Assembly (NCBI GenBank): GCA_051362555.1
Contig: CM120641.1
Coordinates: 42,228,401-42,292,400, forward strand
From: Lingula anatina
Lineage: Eukaryota; Animalia; Brachiopoda
DNA length: 64,000 nucleotides
Direction of reading: 5' to 3'
Shown here: one piece after another, positions 39,357 through 51,314 of the stretch
Layout of the letters: the number at the start of each line of letters is the position of its first letter
Position numbering within the stretch: the first letter of the stretch is position 1
Program-made: the position numbers and the translations under genes
The notes under the pieces: model-generated
Told to the model about the DNA's origin: nothing
Database searches by the model: none
The model's input: only the letters and a program-made list of their open reading frames with translations

Positions 39357-42271
39357 CTGAAAAATGGACAAACAAGCAACATTTAAGCAGCCATCTCTTA
39401 AAATCTGGACTTTTGTGTTAAATATATTATCATTTTATGTAATAAACGTATTCCCCTTTCATGTTCAAAATGAAGTACGAAGACTTTTCAAACGTATAAG
39501 TGAATGTAATAGACCTAAAAAGGTATAAAAACGCATATCTAGATTTTTAAACTAAAATTCTACTCAGTCAAATGCAATAAAATATTACTAAGACAGTAGT
39601 ATGGAGAGGAAATCGCTAATGGCTTACAATAAAGTGTATCAATTTTCCCTTTCTAATCACATAAACATCAATACTCACTCGAAACAAAATCATTCTTTAG
39701 CAGATTTTGATATCGCACAGAAAATACGGAGCGGATCTAATCGAAGGAGCGTTAATTGCGCACGTTTGGCATATTTTAAAAGTAATTAATTATATAAGTT
39801 TCCACTTTTATAACGAACAATGCATTTTACCTTGTAGGTATTTAAAATATCTGCTCCGATGCAAAACTCTGGTCCAGACTCTAAAAAGGAGAAATGTAGT
39901 GTTAGGTATAGGCCTATGCTGAACTCTTTTTGTTAAAATGACAGGTTTTTAAAAGGGATAGTGAAAACAGAAAAGATATACGTTTTCTAACTGAGTTGTT
40001 TTATATTCTTATGTTGTGTCCCCTTCCGCCCATTTTTTCCCATTCCATTTCTGTTTCTCTTTGTTTGCGACGAAAATGTAGGAACCAAATTGCCCTTCGC
40101 CTTGAAATTCGCTAATCGTGGGATCTTCGTGGACTTTTTAGTTTACTTACCAACAACAATGACGTCAACGCCTAGGATCTTTTCCCCCAGTTGAATCTCT
40201 AGTCTTCGGTTTTTGTCAGCGACTTTTGTCGCATTTCCGACGAGCCACGGCAACACTTGTTCATCCGTAGATTGGCTAGTTTCAGAGAAGTAAATGAAAC
40301 ATAGATAAATATAAATATCATTTCCTTTTAAACCTTGGGATTTTCAATATCATTCACCCACATAAAAGTATAAAACGTTTTGGGGGATAACCTCTTGTTT
40401 TCTCAAAGACACCAGAGAAACTCGGCTCATGCGTATCGACTTTTAGTATCATCTGCGTCAAAGATAGAATTTCACATTTATAACGTGCATGCATGTTTCA
40501 GCACCAAATTGAGATTTCACTTAAAATAAATATTCGTTGCCTCACGGCAAAGAAAAATCCGTAGGCCTATTCCGCGTTATCTTCGACACTTCTGTTTTCA
40601 TGACGACCGTATCAACATTTACTCATATTGAATTAATGTCAAATCCTCCCTCTCTAACTCATTTATCTCTTTGGCAGAAAAGCAATTTAATCTTTAAATA
40701 TTTCATTCCCTTTCACTTGCAAATCCCGGTATTGATCTCTCCGACATAGGCGATTATGTTTAAAGTAAGTTCCAACTAATAACTAAGGATTTCCTTAAAA
40801 GGCCCCAAACCAGTAATTCTAGTTAACTTTGATAAAAATTAAAATATTGTTTTGAGATAGGTTTTTTGAAAAAAGGAAAACTAGTGGATAGCAAAAACAT
40901 CTAACTGAAATATATTGATGAAAATCTAGAAAAAAGTCAGAAACGATTCTATGAGCCTGTCTATGCATGCGAGAAAGAAGGATAACGGTGTCTCAACGAA
41001 AAAATACGCCAGAAAATGAAAAAAAAACAGTAAGTTCATTAAAACTAATGTACTAAACTCACCTCCCAAATTTGGCAAGGGCGGTCCTTCTAATAAAGGA
41101 CCGAGCGCACGCCGAGTTGATCAGAGCGTAAAGACTGTAGTTCTGGCACTAAGATTGCAAAAGGAGAAAGACTGAACTACCCAGCGTTAATAGTATTATC
41201 TTTCGTGTTTGATATATACCTATACTGTCCACAATGGATTTTAACAACTTAAAAGTATTTTTGCGTTACCAAAAAATACATTACAGGAGATCTTTTCAAT
41301 TGTAGGCCACAAGAATGCATACGTTACGTGCGACTACTCCAACTATTGAGAAAGAGAAACGAATGATGTTCAGTGATTCTTGTTTAGCTTGTGAGTATAA
41401 ATTAAGTTGTATAACTTTATTATTTTTATTTCATGATTTGTATCTAGCTGTTTGACGATCACGTAGGCTTTCTTTTAGCAATGAGCGAGTTATCACCTTG
41501 CAAAGTACATATGGCAGTGGTGGTTCCATAGTTGCTTTGTCCCGCGGGGGGTCGTGTCGTGGGGGGTCTTCCAGTCTTCCAGGGCTGTCTAGAAGTGGAC
41601 TTTGGTTACGTCGGATAGGAGGGACTTTTTTAAAGCCTAACTCATAATCCGGAATTGGGGACTAAATTAAAGTAAAAAAAAAGAAAGAAAGAAAAGAAAC
41701 CCACACAACGGGTGACTTTTTAAATTACCCCCTGTACATGCGTATATGGTTCTTTAATACAATTTACTTTCAAAGCCAGGAAATTGTTTAATTGGGTCTA
41801 CAATTTAAACACTATAAAGTGGCATTCGTAAACCTAAATTACCCAACGAAAAACAATGAGTCTCTCTTAATCCAAGATTAAATGTAGAGGAATAATATTA
41901 AATTGTTCAATATGCTTATCATAATCGTGCGCTAATGTTGAAAGCAACGCTCCATGTAGTTTGAACTCGCGTGTTCAGTTTTTTACAGACGAAACTGTAC
42001 CATTTTAGAGTTATTATAAAAACTGTCAGAGCTATATTTTAAATCGGAGACCCATTTATCCTAGATATCTAATTTGTCATACCGTATCACTCATTTCGGT
42101 CATTCATGTCGAGCATTTAAGTCGTCTCTATTTCTACAATGTTTTAACTATAACCTTCAAACTTTAACAATATTTTAATGAATTTGGAGATGGAGTTGAA
42201 CGTACCTTTATTGAATGTCGCTTCCGCAGACGATTACGCCTCGCTGCTATTTCTGTTATATCCTCCGACAT
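39264..42271 (-). CDS. NRIP2/NRIP3/DDI-family retroviral-like aspartic protease-domain protein, 194 aa, 6 exons, catalytic Asp replaced
   Basis: The exons 42206-42271, 41497-41661, 41063-41148, 40151-40275, 39831-39880 and 39264-39356 all join by GT-AG with consistent phases. The protein contains PYVLCKCQNYSLYALINSACARSFIR...LEIQLGEKILGVDVIVVESGPEFCIGADILNTYKCVLNFQTGTLTVG, colinear with NRIP3 (recalled as CAGKDVKALVDTGC...LSLGLQTLRSLKCIINL). Confidence 0.85.
39831..39880 (-). CDS. NRIP3-like exon 5 (ESGPEFCIGADILNTYK)
   Basis: It has TTTAG| and AAG|GTAAAA boundaries. The IGADIL segment corresponds to the retropepsin ILGxD motif. Confidence 0.85.
40151..40275 (-). CDS. NRIP3-like exon 4
   Basis: It has CTAG| and G|GTAAGT boundaries and encodes ...RLEIQLGEKILGVDVIVV. 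Confidence 0.85.
41063..41148 (-). CDS. NRIP3-like exon 3 (CQNYSLYALINSACARSFIRRTALAKFG)
   Basis: It has CTTAG| and AG|GTGAGT boundaries and encodes the active-site strand. Confidence 0.85.
41497..41661 (-). CDS. NRIP3-like exon 2 (Pro-rich linker, ...MEPPLPYVLCK)
   Basis: It has a TTTAG| acceptor, 55 open codons and an AAG|GTGATA donor. Confidence 0.8.
42206..42271 (-). CDS. NRIP3-like exon 1 (MSEDITEIAARRNRLRKRHSIK)
   Basis: The ATG has an upstream in-frame stop and the donor is AAG|GTACGT, phase 0. Confidence 0.7.
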
Positions 42272-43871
42272 GTTTGCGTCGTGTTTTCTGCTCCTCACGT
42301 ACAAATTACACTGACGAATATTGCGTGGTCACTTATTACCCGAAAGCCATCGGCGTTATGAATAAATAAAAGGGAATGAGACATGAACCCCACATTAGCT
42401 GGAAGCATTAATTGACGTGGAATCTGAGAGATAATAGAGAGATAACGTCACATGCCACGAGGTTGGAGATTTCATGCAATAATTGTTTTGAATAACTTGT
42501 TTAAAACGCACCCTCTACCAGGGTCGCAGTTATTATTGTGGACATTTCTTGCTGATGGTCAAAGTGTACATTTTGATTTTTTCCAGTTGTTAAAATGAAG
42601 TGAAATTATCACTACAGCTCATACTAGACACACTGGAACAGCGTAATTCTTCTTTACTTCCGAGTTGTTTTCATTTGCGACTCCTTGACATTTGCAGTAC
42701 TGTGTTAGTTGCATTACCTGAATGTCTACAGTAACAGTTGTATCCTCTGAAATCAGGGGCTTCTAAAATAGCATACAAAATTGAAGTACTCTGTGGGACC
42801 ATTCCCAGACCGTATCATACTGACAGTGGATCGATCTATCTCAGTAAATGTATGGTTGGTAAATCAGTAAACATTAAAGCTATGTTTATAATTGCTTTCT
42901 TACCTTTATAAAATTATAATCTTGCATTTGCCATTGTTTGGGAAGTTTATACTGCGTTTATCGCCATATTTACGATGAAAATTATCAAGAATAGTAGAAA
43001 TATGAATTTAACTCTCTTAACTGGAAATATACGTCAAAATAATTCTTGTTACTTTTAATGATTTTAACCGACCGACAGAGCGTTGGTGAAGCCAACATGT
43101 GACTATACGCAACACAGATGATATAAATCCAAATGTTTTTAAAAGGATGGTTAGGCCCACTGTCATCTTTTTGAAATGGAAATGGTAGCGGTGTTTTTCA
43201 CAGGGATGAATTTTATAACCTACAGTTTTATTCATTTGACATATAACAATTGAATATGAAATAAAAGTTTCCAAGACGAGTAAAGCGCGAGTGACATCAA
43301 ATGTCCCAACTGACTGCCTTTGTGTGGCTGTAAACGGTAATAAGTCATCTTGAAGTATACACAATTTTATATTTAAACAGGAATTCTCTACTAAAAGTAA
43401 AAAGTGCCCAAAAATGGGCCCTGTGAATATGTGACTTTCAATGCCATCGACCTACTTTGGATCTTTACTTTCGACTTTCTTGTATATTAGTGCTTCTCTT
43501 TATTCAGTCATAAATTGAATTAAATTATAACGCAAGATCATCTTAGATATGGTCTGTCAATCGACTATGCGACAAAAACTCTTACATATCGAAATATAAT
43601 ATATTAATTTATAATTAAATAATTTAATGCTTGATTCGAATCGTTCCGTCAACTCACCGAATTTTAAAAAGTGCTTTTTTTCGTGGGTTGGGGGAATCAA
43701 TAAAAACGACCCCCTCTAAAATCCTGGATCCGCCCCTATATATAAAGTACTCCTTCAGTAACATCAAGAGATGTTCGTTTCTTACATCTACAGCAGAATA
43801 TATTTATGTAAGACGGTCGACTTTGGGGGCTCTAATGAAACTCGGGATAGTCTAGGTATCGGCTCGAGTTA

Positions 43872-44477
43872 CAGTGTACGCCCGGAGAAAAAGTTACCCA
43901 ACACCGCAGGTTCATTTTCAAAAAATTATTTTATTACCTGGGCATTGCCAACATTACTAGTTTTAAGGAAAAAAAGCTCCGTGGCAGAAATCGCCAAATC
44001 TTAAAATTTAAGTGAGATTGGGCAATTGAAAAGAATTTTTACTGATTATTAAAGGAGCCACGTGCATAGGCATTTAACTCCACTAAAATAAATTTGCAAG
44101 TCTGGTGATTTTCCCCATCTGTACACGACTTTTTTTAAAACAAAAAGAAAAATTAGAGAATATAGTTTTATTCAACTATTGTATACAGTAACATTCAATT
44201 TCAAGTACTTTAGTAATCATAAATGAATCATGTACATGAAATGAATCAATAAACGGTAGTACCCGATGCCCTCGGGCCGTGGGGAAAAACCCGTCTAAAC
44301 CCTTCGTGGGGAATGCCGGGAAAATGCCCACGCCCGGAAACTTCAGTCTTTAAAACATAACTTCAGTTTTTTTTTTATTGGCAGGGCACCTTACAGTTCA
44401 TATCGTCCCGTTTTAGACAGCATAGTGCAACTGAATAACTTTTTCTCCCGACTACAAACTATTCTCTGTATACACTA
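43872..44477. mobile_element. Possible degenerate Tc1/mariner-like non-autonomous element
   Basis: The left end is TA|CAGTGTACGCCCGGAGAAAAAGTTA and an interrupted inverted copy TAACTTTTTCTCC...TACACTA|TA lies at the right. Confidence 0.35.
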
Positions 44478-46973
44478 TAGTGGTACACAAGATGAAGCAG
44501 AATGATTTTCCAAAGTACATGTAATTCCTACTGAAAAAGGTACTGAAGACAAGACATTTACTAAAGTCTTAATACAATTAAACCGAGGCTTATTTTAACT
44601 TCAATTCATCTAGGGATATGAAGTCACAAATAAAGTAACTCGATCCTTTTAGAACAGAAAGCATACATCAAAACCTGGTATAGTTTTCTCTCGTGATAAA
44701 ATATACAAAAGTTCAGGTAATATTATTATTACCCAGACAACTCAATGATTGAAATTAACATATCACTGTTTAAAATAGAAGTTTCTCAAATGTAATTTTG
44801 CCCTGAAATCGCAACTACCTATGTGATACAAGAAAAGCAAGCTTGCTTAGACATACTTCATATTTTACACTACACTGTAAGACCGTCCATGCAAATTTCA
44901 ATATGAATTCTTGGGTCCGGAGAAAAAAGTGCATATATGATGAATTGGATATGTTTGTCAACTACAACACTTGAGAAAATCATAATATATTAGTAATATT
45001 AGTAATGCGCGGGTTACTTGAGGTTAGTGTGCGGCTTATGACCTTCTCAAACGTTATACTGACGAACAACTCCACATCATCAAAAGCACAAATTTGAAAA
45101 ATTACTACATCACTAAGATTGAAATAAAACACAGACGACCATAAGTGGTGATACCAATGTTTTGCGAGCGAAAGCCTATCTGCATTTTGAATGTGGATAA
45201 AGCAACTGGATATTCTAATTTAAATTTTAATAATAACTGCAAAAGCAGAACCACAATTCATCTCATTCAATTGAACATTTATGGAATTATGAATGATCAT
45301 ACTGAACTTCAGTTTTCCCCTAAGCTATTGGAATAAAATGTTTCACTCTCAAAGTGAAAAAATAAAACTTATTAAATACCATTACACCCTACTCATATCT
45401 GTGACCCATGATGCACAAAGATTTTCGATATATAAAAGACTTGAGTACATGATTAGATTGCATTCTTCTTACATTCAGAGTATATCGCTCTTCACTACCG
45501 TTCCACATTCTCTAAAATATTTTTTGCAGACGTGCTGTGTCCTTAAAACCAAGATTGCTAGGACTTCCGATCATCAATGGAAGTGGCAGCAGGGGCTCGT
45601 TGCTAGCGCCATTAAGTGTTTCACATCTTTGGCATTTGGGCTAGGTATCTGTGCATTCGGGCATTATATGTGGAAAACTGCCCTTTCGTAGCCTACAAAT
45701 GAATTGTAACGTGTTCACACAAAAAGTATAAAAGTAATTGAAAGCTTGCAGTAATTTCAACAAAGAAGATCTATGTAACTGGTGTTTGCACACCGTTAAC
45801 TCTAGTATTTTGATGTTTCATAATGCTTTAGTTCTTCATATGAATATTTTTTTTTATTTTATATTATATTTCTATAACACAGCAAAAGAAAACCACATGA
45901 TTTAGGAGAGTGCCAAGGTTCTACAAAAAGAAAGTAAATAGATAAAGGAAGGAATATAAATCACAAAAACACCTAATGATCTGAACAATATAAACAGATG
46001 AAAATACATGCTCACCGCCACGGTCTCTTAGTACCACAGCCGCAGTACTGAGGGCGAGGTTGGGGGTAGTAGCTCCTAGTATTCTAGACCAGTGACAACG
46101 CCGTGTGTCCTTGATGGAGATCTGAAAGTTGGTCGTTAGGAGGTCAAAATATTTTGCATTTTTTTATTTTTTATTTCATTTTTTTATTTTGCAAGTTTCT
46201 GACAAAGTTTTTGACCACTATAATGAGTTTCTCGCATGATAGTGCTTTTTTTTTGTCAAGTTTGCGACAAATTGAAAGAGCTTTTGGGTTCTAAAATGAC
46301 TGCTATATGTACTTCCTTGTGAAAATTGTAAATAGAAAATAAAAATGTCAACAGTGTCTTCACGTTCTTATTTAACACAATTTTATCCAAGGCGTTGCAC
46401 AAAATGTCCAGTTTGTTGGATTTGCATTGATAAAAGATTTGTAATATCTATAGGATAAATGACAATTAAGTTCATTGTTCACCCTCTACCCTGGCCTATA
46501 TCTTACCTTAAAGGGTCCCAAGTTCCAATTATCACATCTAGGCAAGGACTCTTGAAATCCCATTTGCTGATGTCGCTTTCTCCACTTTAACCTTATGAAA
46601 GAAGACCATCACCAGGCCAGGCGCTCACCAATGCTATCTCCCTCAACTATAAAACAAATTTAGAAGACATTAGTTTCCCTGGTTTGTCTTCTATCAATCC
46701 GACTTGAGTTCAACATTTAAGGTACGAACAAAAGTGAACTGTTGTGTAGTTAGTTTATTTTCCATAGACAGTGTGTTTAAAGCGGTCTACGGCATAAGCA
46801 GTTCACTTAAAATAGTAATTAGCTTCATTAGAAGAACAAAATTACAATCATTTGATACTATAAATTACTCTGAACTGCTCCATTTTAATCATTTTGGTCT
46901 AAGATTAAAGATCAACTTTGAATAAACTTTAATGGACCCCATATCAGCGATCTTAACGAGTAGCAATGAGTAC

Positions 46974-47121
46974 CTGTACCATGATGACTTCACCGAACTG
47001 TGAGAAATAAGTCTTCAAGTCATCGTCTGTGCTCGTATAAGGCAAACCCAGCACCATCAGGTCACTGCACTTCTTGCTTCGTTTTCACGTTGCGATTTTC
47101 AAGGGTCTCATCTCATTTTCT
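46974..47121 (-). pseudogene. TARDBP: Orphan TDP-43 (TARDBP/TBPH) exon encoding the linker and first half of RRM1, frameshifted in its 5' part
   Basis: 46974-47072 translates [33 protein letters not shown], versus recalled human [33 protein letters not shown] (23/33 identical by hand). It ends at CAG|GTACTC, the conserved intron position after Q134. The upstream [14 protein letters not shown] segment needs two frameshifts. Confidence 0.8.
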
Positions 47122-47266
47122 CTAAAACGGTAACGCTTTCCAATTACTATAAATACTGTATATTGAAATAACCATAAGATTTTTAAAAGGTATTCAAAGC
47201 AACTTTTGATTTGATTTAATTTTTAATGTAACTGTTACATCATAATTCTAAAAATATCAAGGTCCT

Positions 47267-47268
<2 letters not shown>

Positions 47269-47305
<37 letters not shown>
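47269..47305. repeat. (AAT)n microsatellite
   Basis: Read directly from the sequence. Confidence 0.95.
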
Positions 47306-47306
<1 letters not shown>

Positions 47307-47419
47307 TAAAATGCAATACAGTGGCCAATAAGATGAAAAGTTTATGGAAAAGACTGCAACTGAAAAAATAATTTCCTCTATTTCTGTCCCCAATAACACG
47401 GATTACCTTTTTCCTCTCA

Positions 47420-49690
47420 GTTAAACACTACATACCTTGGACGCTTCTCCAATGCAGCCACCTCGTAGACGGACCATGGCGGGACTCGCTGGACGCTCCT
47501 TCAATGCAGCCACCTCGTAGACGGACCATGGTGGGAGTTGCTGGACGCTTCCTGAATGCAGCCACCTCGTAGACGGACCATGGATGGACTCTCTGGCACC
47601 AAGGGATCGGAGTCGCTGAAGCGTAGTTGTGGTAATCTTCTTGTTGTCGGAGCTCCCTCGAGAATCGCCATAACCGAGGTCTGTTAACAGAAAGAAAAAC
47701 GGATTAATTATTTTTCCTACCTATGTCAGCACTCTGCAGTCAGGCTTACCTTTCATCTCAGTGAAACACCACATGGCGTTGATGCTTCCCCAATTCAGCC
47801 ACCTCGAAGACGGACCATGGCAGGACTCGCTGGAAGCTCTCCCAATGCAGCCACCTCGTAGACAGACCATGGCGGAACTCTCTGGCACCAAGGGATCGGA
47901 GTCGCTGAAGTGTAGATGTGTCCCTCTTCTCCTTGCAGTTGTCAGTGGAAGCTCTATCGAGAATCGCCGTAACTGAGTTCTGTTAACAGAAAGAAGAACG
48001 GATAAATGTCTTTTTCTACCTATGTCAGCACTTTGCGGTCGGGCTTACATTTAAGGTTTTTCCATTTCAGTTAAACACTACATACCTTGGACACTTACCC
48101 AATGCAGCCACCTCGTAGACGGACCATGGCAGGACGCGCTGGACGCTCCTTCAATGCAGCCACCTCGTAGACGGACCATGGCGGGACTCGCTGGACGTTC
48201 CTCCAATGCAGCCACCTCGTAGACGGACCATGGCGGGACTCGCTGGACGCTCCTTCAATGCAGCCACCTCGTAGACGGACCATGGCGGGACTCAATTGAC
48301 GCTCCTCCAATGCAGCCACCTCGTAGACGGACCATGGCGGGACTCGCTGGCACCAAGGGATCGGAGTCGCTGAAGTGTAGATGTGGCCCTCTTCTCCTTA
48401 CAGTTGTCAGTGGAAGCTCAATCGAGAATCGCCACATCGAGTTCTGTTGACAGAAAGAAAAACGGATTAATGACTTTTCTACCTATGTCAGCACTTTGCG
48501 GTCAGGCTTACATTTAAGGTTTTTCCATTTTACTTAAACACTACATACCTTGGACGCTTCCCCTATGCAGCAACCTCAGACGGACCATAGCTCGACTCGC
48601 TGGACGCTCCTCCAATGCAGCCACCTCGTAGACGGACCATGGCGTGACTCGCTGAACGCTTCCTGAATGCAGCCACCTCGTAGACGGACCATGGATGGAG
48701 TCGCTGAAGCATAGATGTGGTCCTCTTCTCCTTCCTGTAGTCGGAGCTCCCTCGAAAATCGCCATTACCGAGTTCTGTTAACAGAAAGAAAAACGGATTA
48801 ATGACTTATCCACGTATGAAAGCACTCTGCAGTCAGGCTTAACTTTTATCTCAGTGAAACACCACATGCCGTGGACGCTTCCCCAATCCAGCCACCTCGA
48901 AGACGGACCATGGCAGGACTCGCTGGACGCTCCTCGAATGCAGCCACCTCGTAGACGGACCATGGCGGGACTCAATTGACGCTCCTCCAATGCAGCCACC
49001 TCGTAGACGGACCATGGCGGGACTCGCTGGCACCAAGGGATCGGAGTCGCTGAAGTGTAGATGTGGCCCTCTTCTCCTTACAGTTGTCAGTGGAAGCTCA
49101 ATCGAGAATCGCCACATCGAGTTCTGTTGACAGAAAGAAAAACGGATTAATGACTTTTCTACCTATGTCAGCACTTTGCGGTCAGGCTTACATTTAAGGT
49201 TTTTCCATTACAATTAAAAACTACATACCTTGGACGCTTCCCCAACGCAGCCACCTCGTAGACAGGCTATGACATGACTCACTGGCACCAAAGAGTGATC
49301 GGAGTAGCTGAAGCGTAGATGTGACCCTCTTCTCCTTGCAGTTGTCAGTGGAAGCTCTATGGAGAATCACCATGATCGATTTCTGTTAACAGAAAGAAAA
49401 ACGGATTAATGACTTTTCCAACCTATGTCAGCACTCTGCACTCAGGCTTACATTTAAGTTTTTTCATTTCAGTTAAACACCACATACCTTGGACGCTTCC
49501 CCAATGCAGCCACTTCGTAGACAGACCATGGCAGGACTCTCTGGCACCAAGGATTGATCGGAGTCGCTGAAACGTAGATGTGGCCCTCTTCTCCTTGCAG
49601 TTGTCAGTGGAAGCTCTATCGAGAATCGCCAAATCGAGTTCTGTTAACAGAAAGAAAAACGGATTAATGACTTTTCCTACCTATGTCAGC
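47420..49690 (-). repeat. Hierarchical tandem array: 7 macro-units, each with 1-5 nested 52-bp repeats
   Basis: Units start at ~47420, 47760, 48070, 48534, 48854, 49214 and 49472. The monomer is AATGCAGCCACCTCGTAGACGGACCATGGCGGGACTCGCTGGACGCTCCT(T/C)C. 48271-48529 is identical to 48951-49209. Confidence 0.95.
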
Positions 49691-50034
49691 CCTTTGCTTC
49701 CTGGACCTGTAATAAGAAGAAACCTGGAATGCATAGAAATATACATGCAACGACACTACAATAATAGCCCACAACAGAAGAAGCGACGAAGTTTCCTGCG
49801 AAGATTCCTGGGCGACGATTCCTCGTGGAGAGAAGCGAAGACTTTAGCTGGCCAGCTTAGAGTAACGTCGAATCCACCGTCCAGGCGTCTGCGTGTGCAA
49901 GAATCGACATGTCGATGAGCGATACGTTGACTTGAAAAGATTCGGAGAAATGTGAGTCGACTCCTTTGTCCTTTTTGCTCGATACGGGGCGCAGTACACG
50001 GCATCCTTCTTGTTGCTCCTGATCTGTCTGCGTT

Positions 50035-50069
50035 GAATGAACACAATTTCAAAATTTCGCGCTTTTATA
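50035..50069 (-). promoter_or_regulatory. Core promoter: TATA box plus initiator
   Basis: On the minus strand TATAAAAG begins at 50069 and TCATTC (TCAKTY-type Inr) has its A at 50038, the canonical -31 spacing. Confidence 0.65.
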
Positions 50070-51268
50070 CCTTCAGTGATAGAAAGTCACATGGTGGCGT
50101 TCCTGGTCAACGTTTTCATGGGGGGGGGGGGGGGGGGCGTTTGATAGTGATTCTCATACTTGATTATAAAATCTTTTTAACATACATATAAAATATTATT
50201 TTATTAACTTATGTTTATTTGATTATTCTGTTTATTATTTTATTTTATAATAAGAGTAATAAGCACTAAGCAGTGATTTCCAAATTAAACGGCCAAATTC
50301 TATGACAATTTCTAAGCAATATACCTTCTCCCCAAAATTATGATAGGCCCGATGTCCGTTAAACTGGCACGGGTAGCCACGAACTTCTCACTTCTCGAAG
50401 GCCACTATAGATAATAGGGCGAAGGGTGACTGCAGTTTCGAGGCAGCCCGAGGGAGCATGATTGTTTTGTTTGTAATGTACTGTAGTGAGTCAGTTGAAA
50501 GCACACTGGACTTAGCATATAATGCCACCTCAGTACTCTCAAACATATTTTGTAATCAACTGAGTTGTTATTCTGATAAATGAAAAGCAAGCTTGTGTGA
50601 TTTTACGAAACGAAAGAAAGAAGCAGGCTGTCATAATAAAAAGATATGAAAAATCCTGATTAACTTATACCAGGCAGCAGAAACAAATGAATAGTTTTGC
50701 ATATAATACTGCTATAGGTAATAATTAACAACGGACGCCTTTATTCATGGCTTTGGGTTATCAGTACTCTAATTTCAGAGTAGAGAGAAAAAAAAGGAAA
50801 AAACAATGAATAAGACAAATAAGAATTAAAATTAAATATTTCTCATTTATACGTTTACTTTATCGCCTCAAACCTTAGACGAAAACTGCACTTTTTTTTT
50901 AAATATGCGTTTTAACATTGTTATAAGTCTGAGTGGTCACTGGCCTACATTTACATCTCCTTGGCGATCACACAACCTAAGTTATCGAACACTAGAGCTT
51001 ACAAGCTAATAGGTAAATTGCTCGTTATCAATGTTTTCATGGCCAGGCACGTAACAGCTCCATTTGTGTTTTTTTTAAGTGAGGTGGTTGACACTGCTTG
51101 CAAATCGAACTCGGGACTTGCTTCGCCTGCCACGAGAACACTCACTATTTCTCAATTTATAGGTCCATTTAACATTAACATTTTTTATTAAGAATTAACG
51201 AGAAAAAAACTTGTTTGTCCAAGTGGAATTTTACTTACATCAGTCTTACAACTTTTAAAAATCACTGC

Positions 51269-51271
51269 AAA

Positions 51272-51314
<43 letters not shown>
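51269..51314. repeat. (AAAT)n microsatellite
   Basis: Read directly from the sequence. Confidence 0.95.

Larger units (their letters stand above)
44150..50038 (-). ncRNA. Predicted multi-exon transcript (lncRNA or chimeric pseudogene) from a TATA+Inr promoter
   Basis: The predicted TSS is ~50038. It is followed by repeat exon cassettes (47420-49690) and further GT-AG-bounded exons at 46974-47121, 46507-46646 and 46016-46121, a terminal acceptor at 45692 and AATAAA at 44167-44172. No continuous ORF was found. Confidence 0.4.

Noticed and set aside
48255-49117. Repeat translations SIELP...MVRLRGG resembling the TDP-43 N-terminal domain (IEIP...VRLVEG)
   Set aside because: The spacing does not match, the conserved FPGACGL and GWG motifs are absent, and frames shift between units.
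47420-49690. CRISPR-like repeat array
   Set aside because: The 52-bp repeats are head-to-tail with no unique spacers, there are no cas genes, and the context is eukaryotic.
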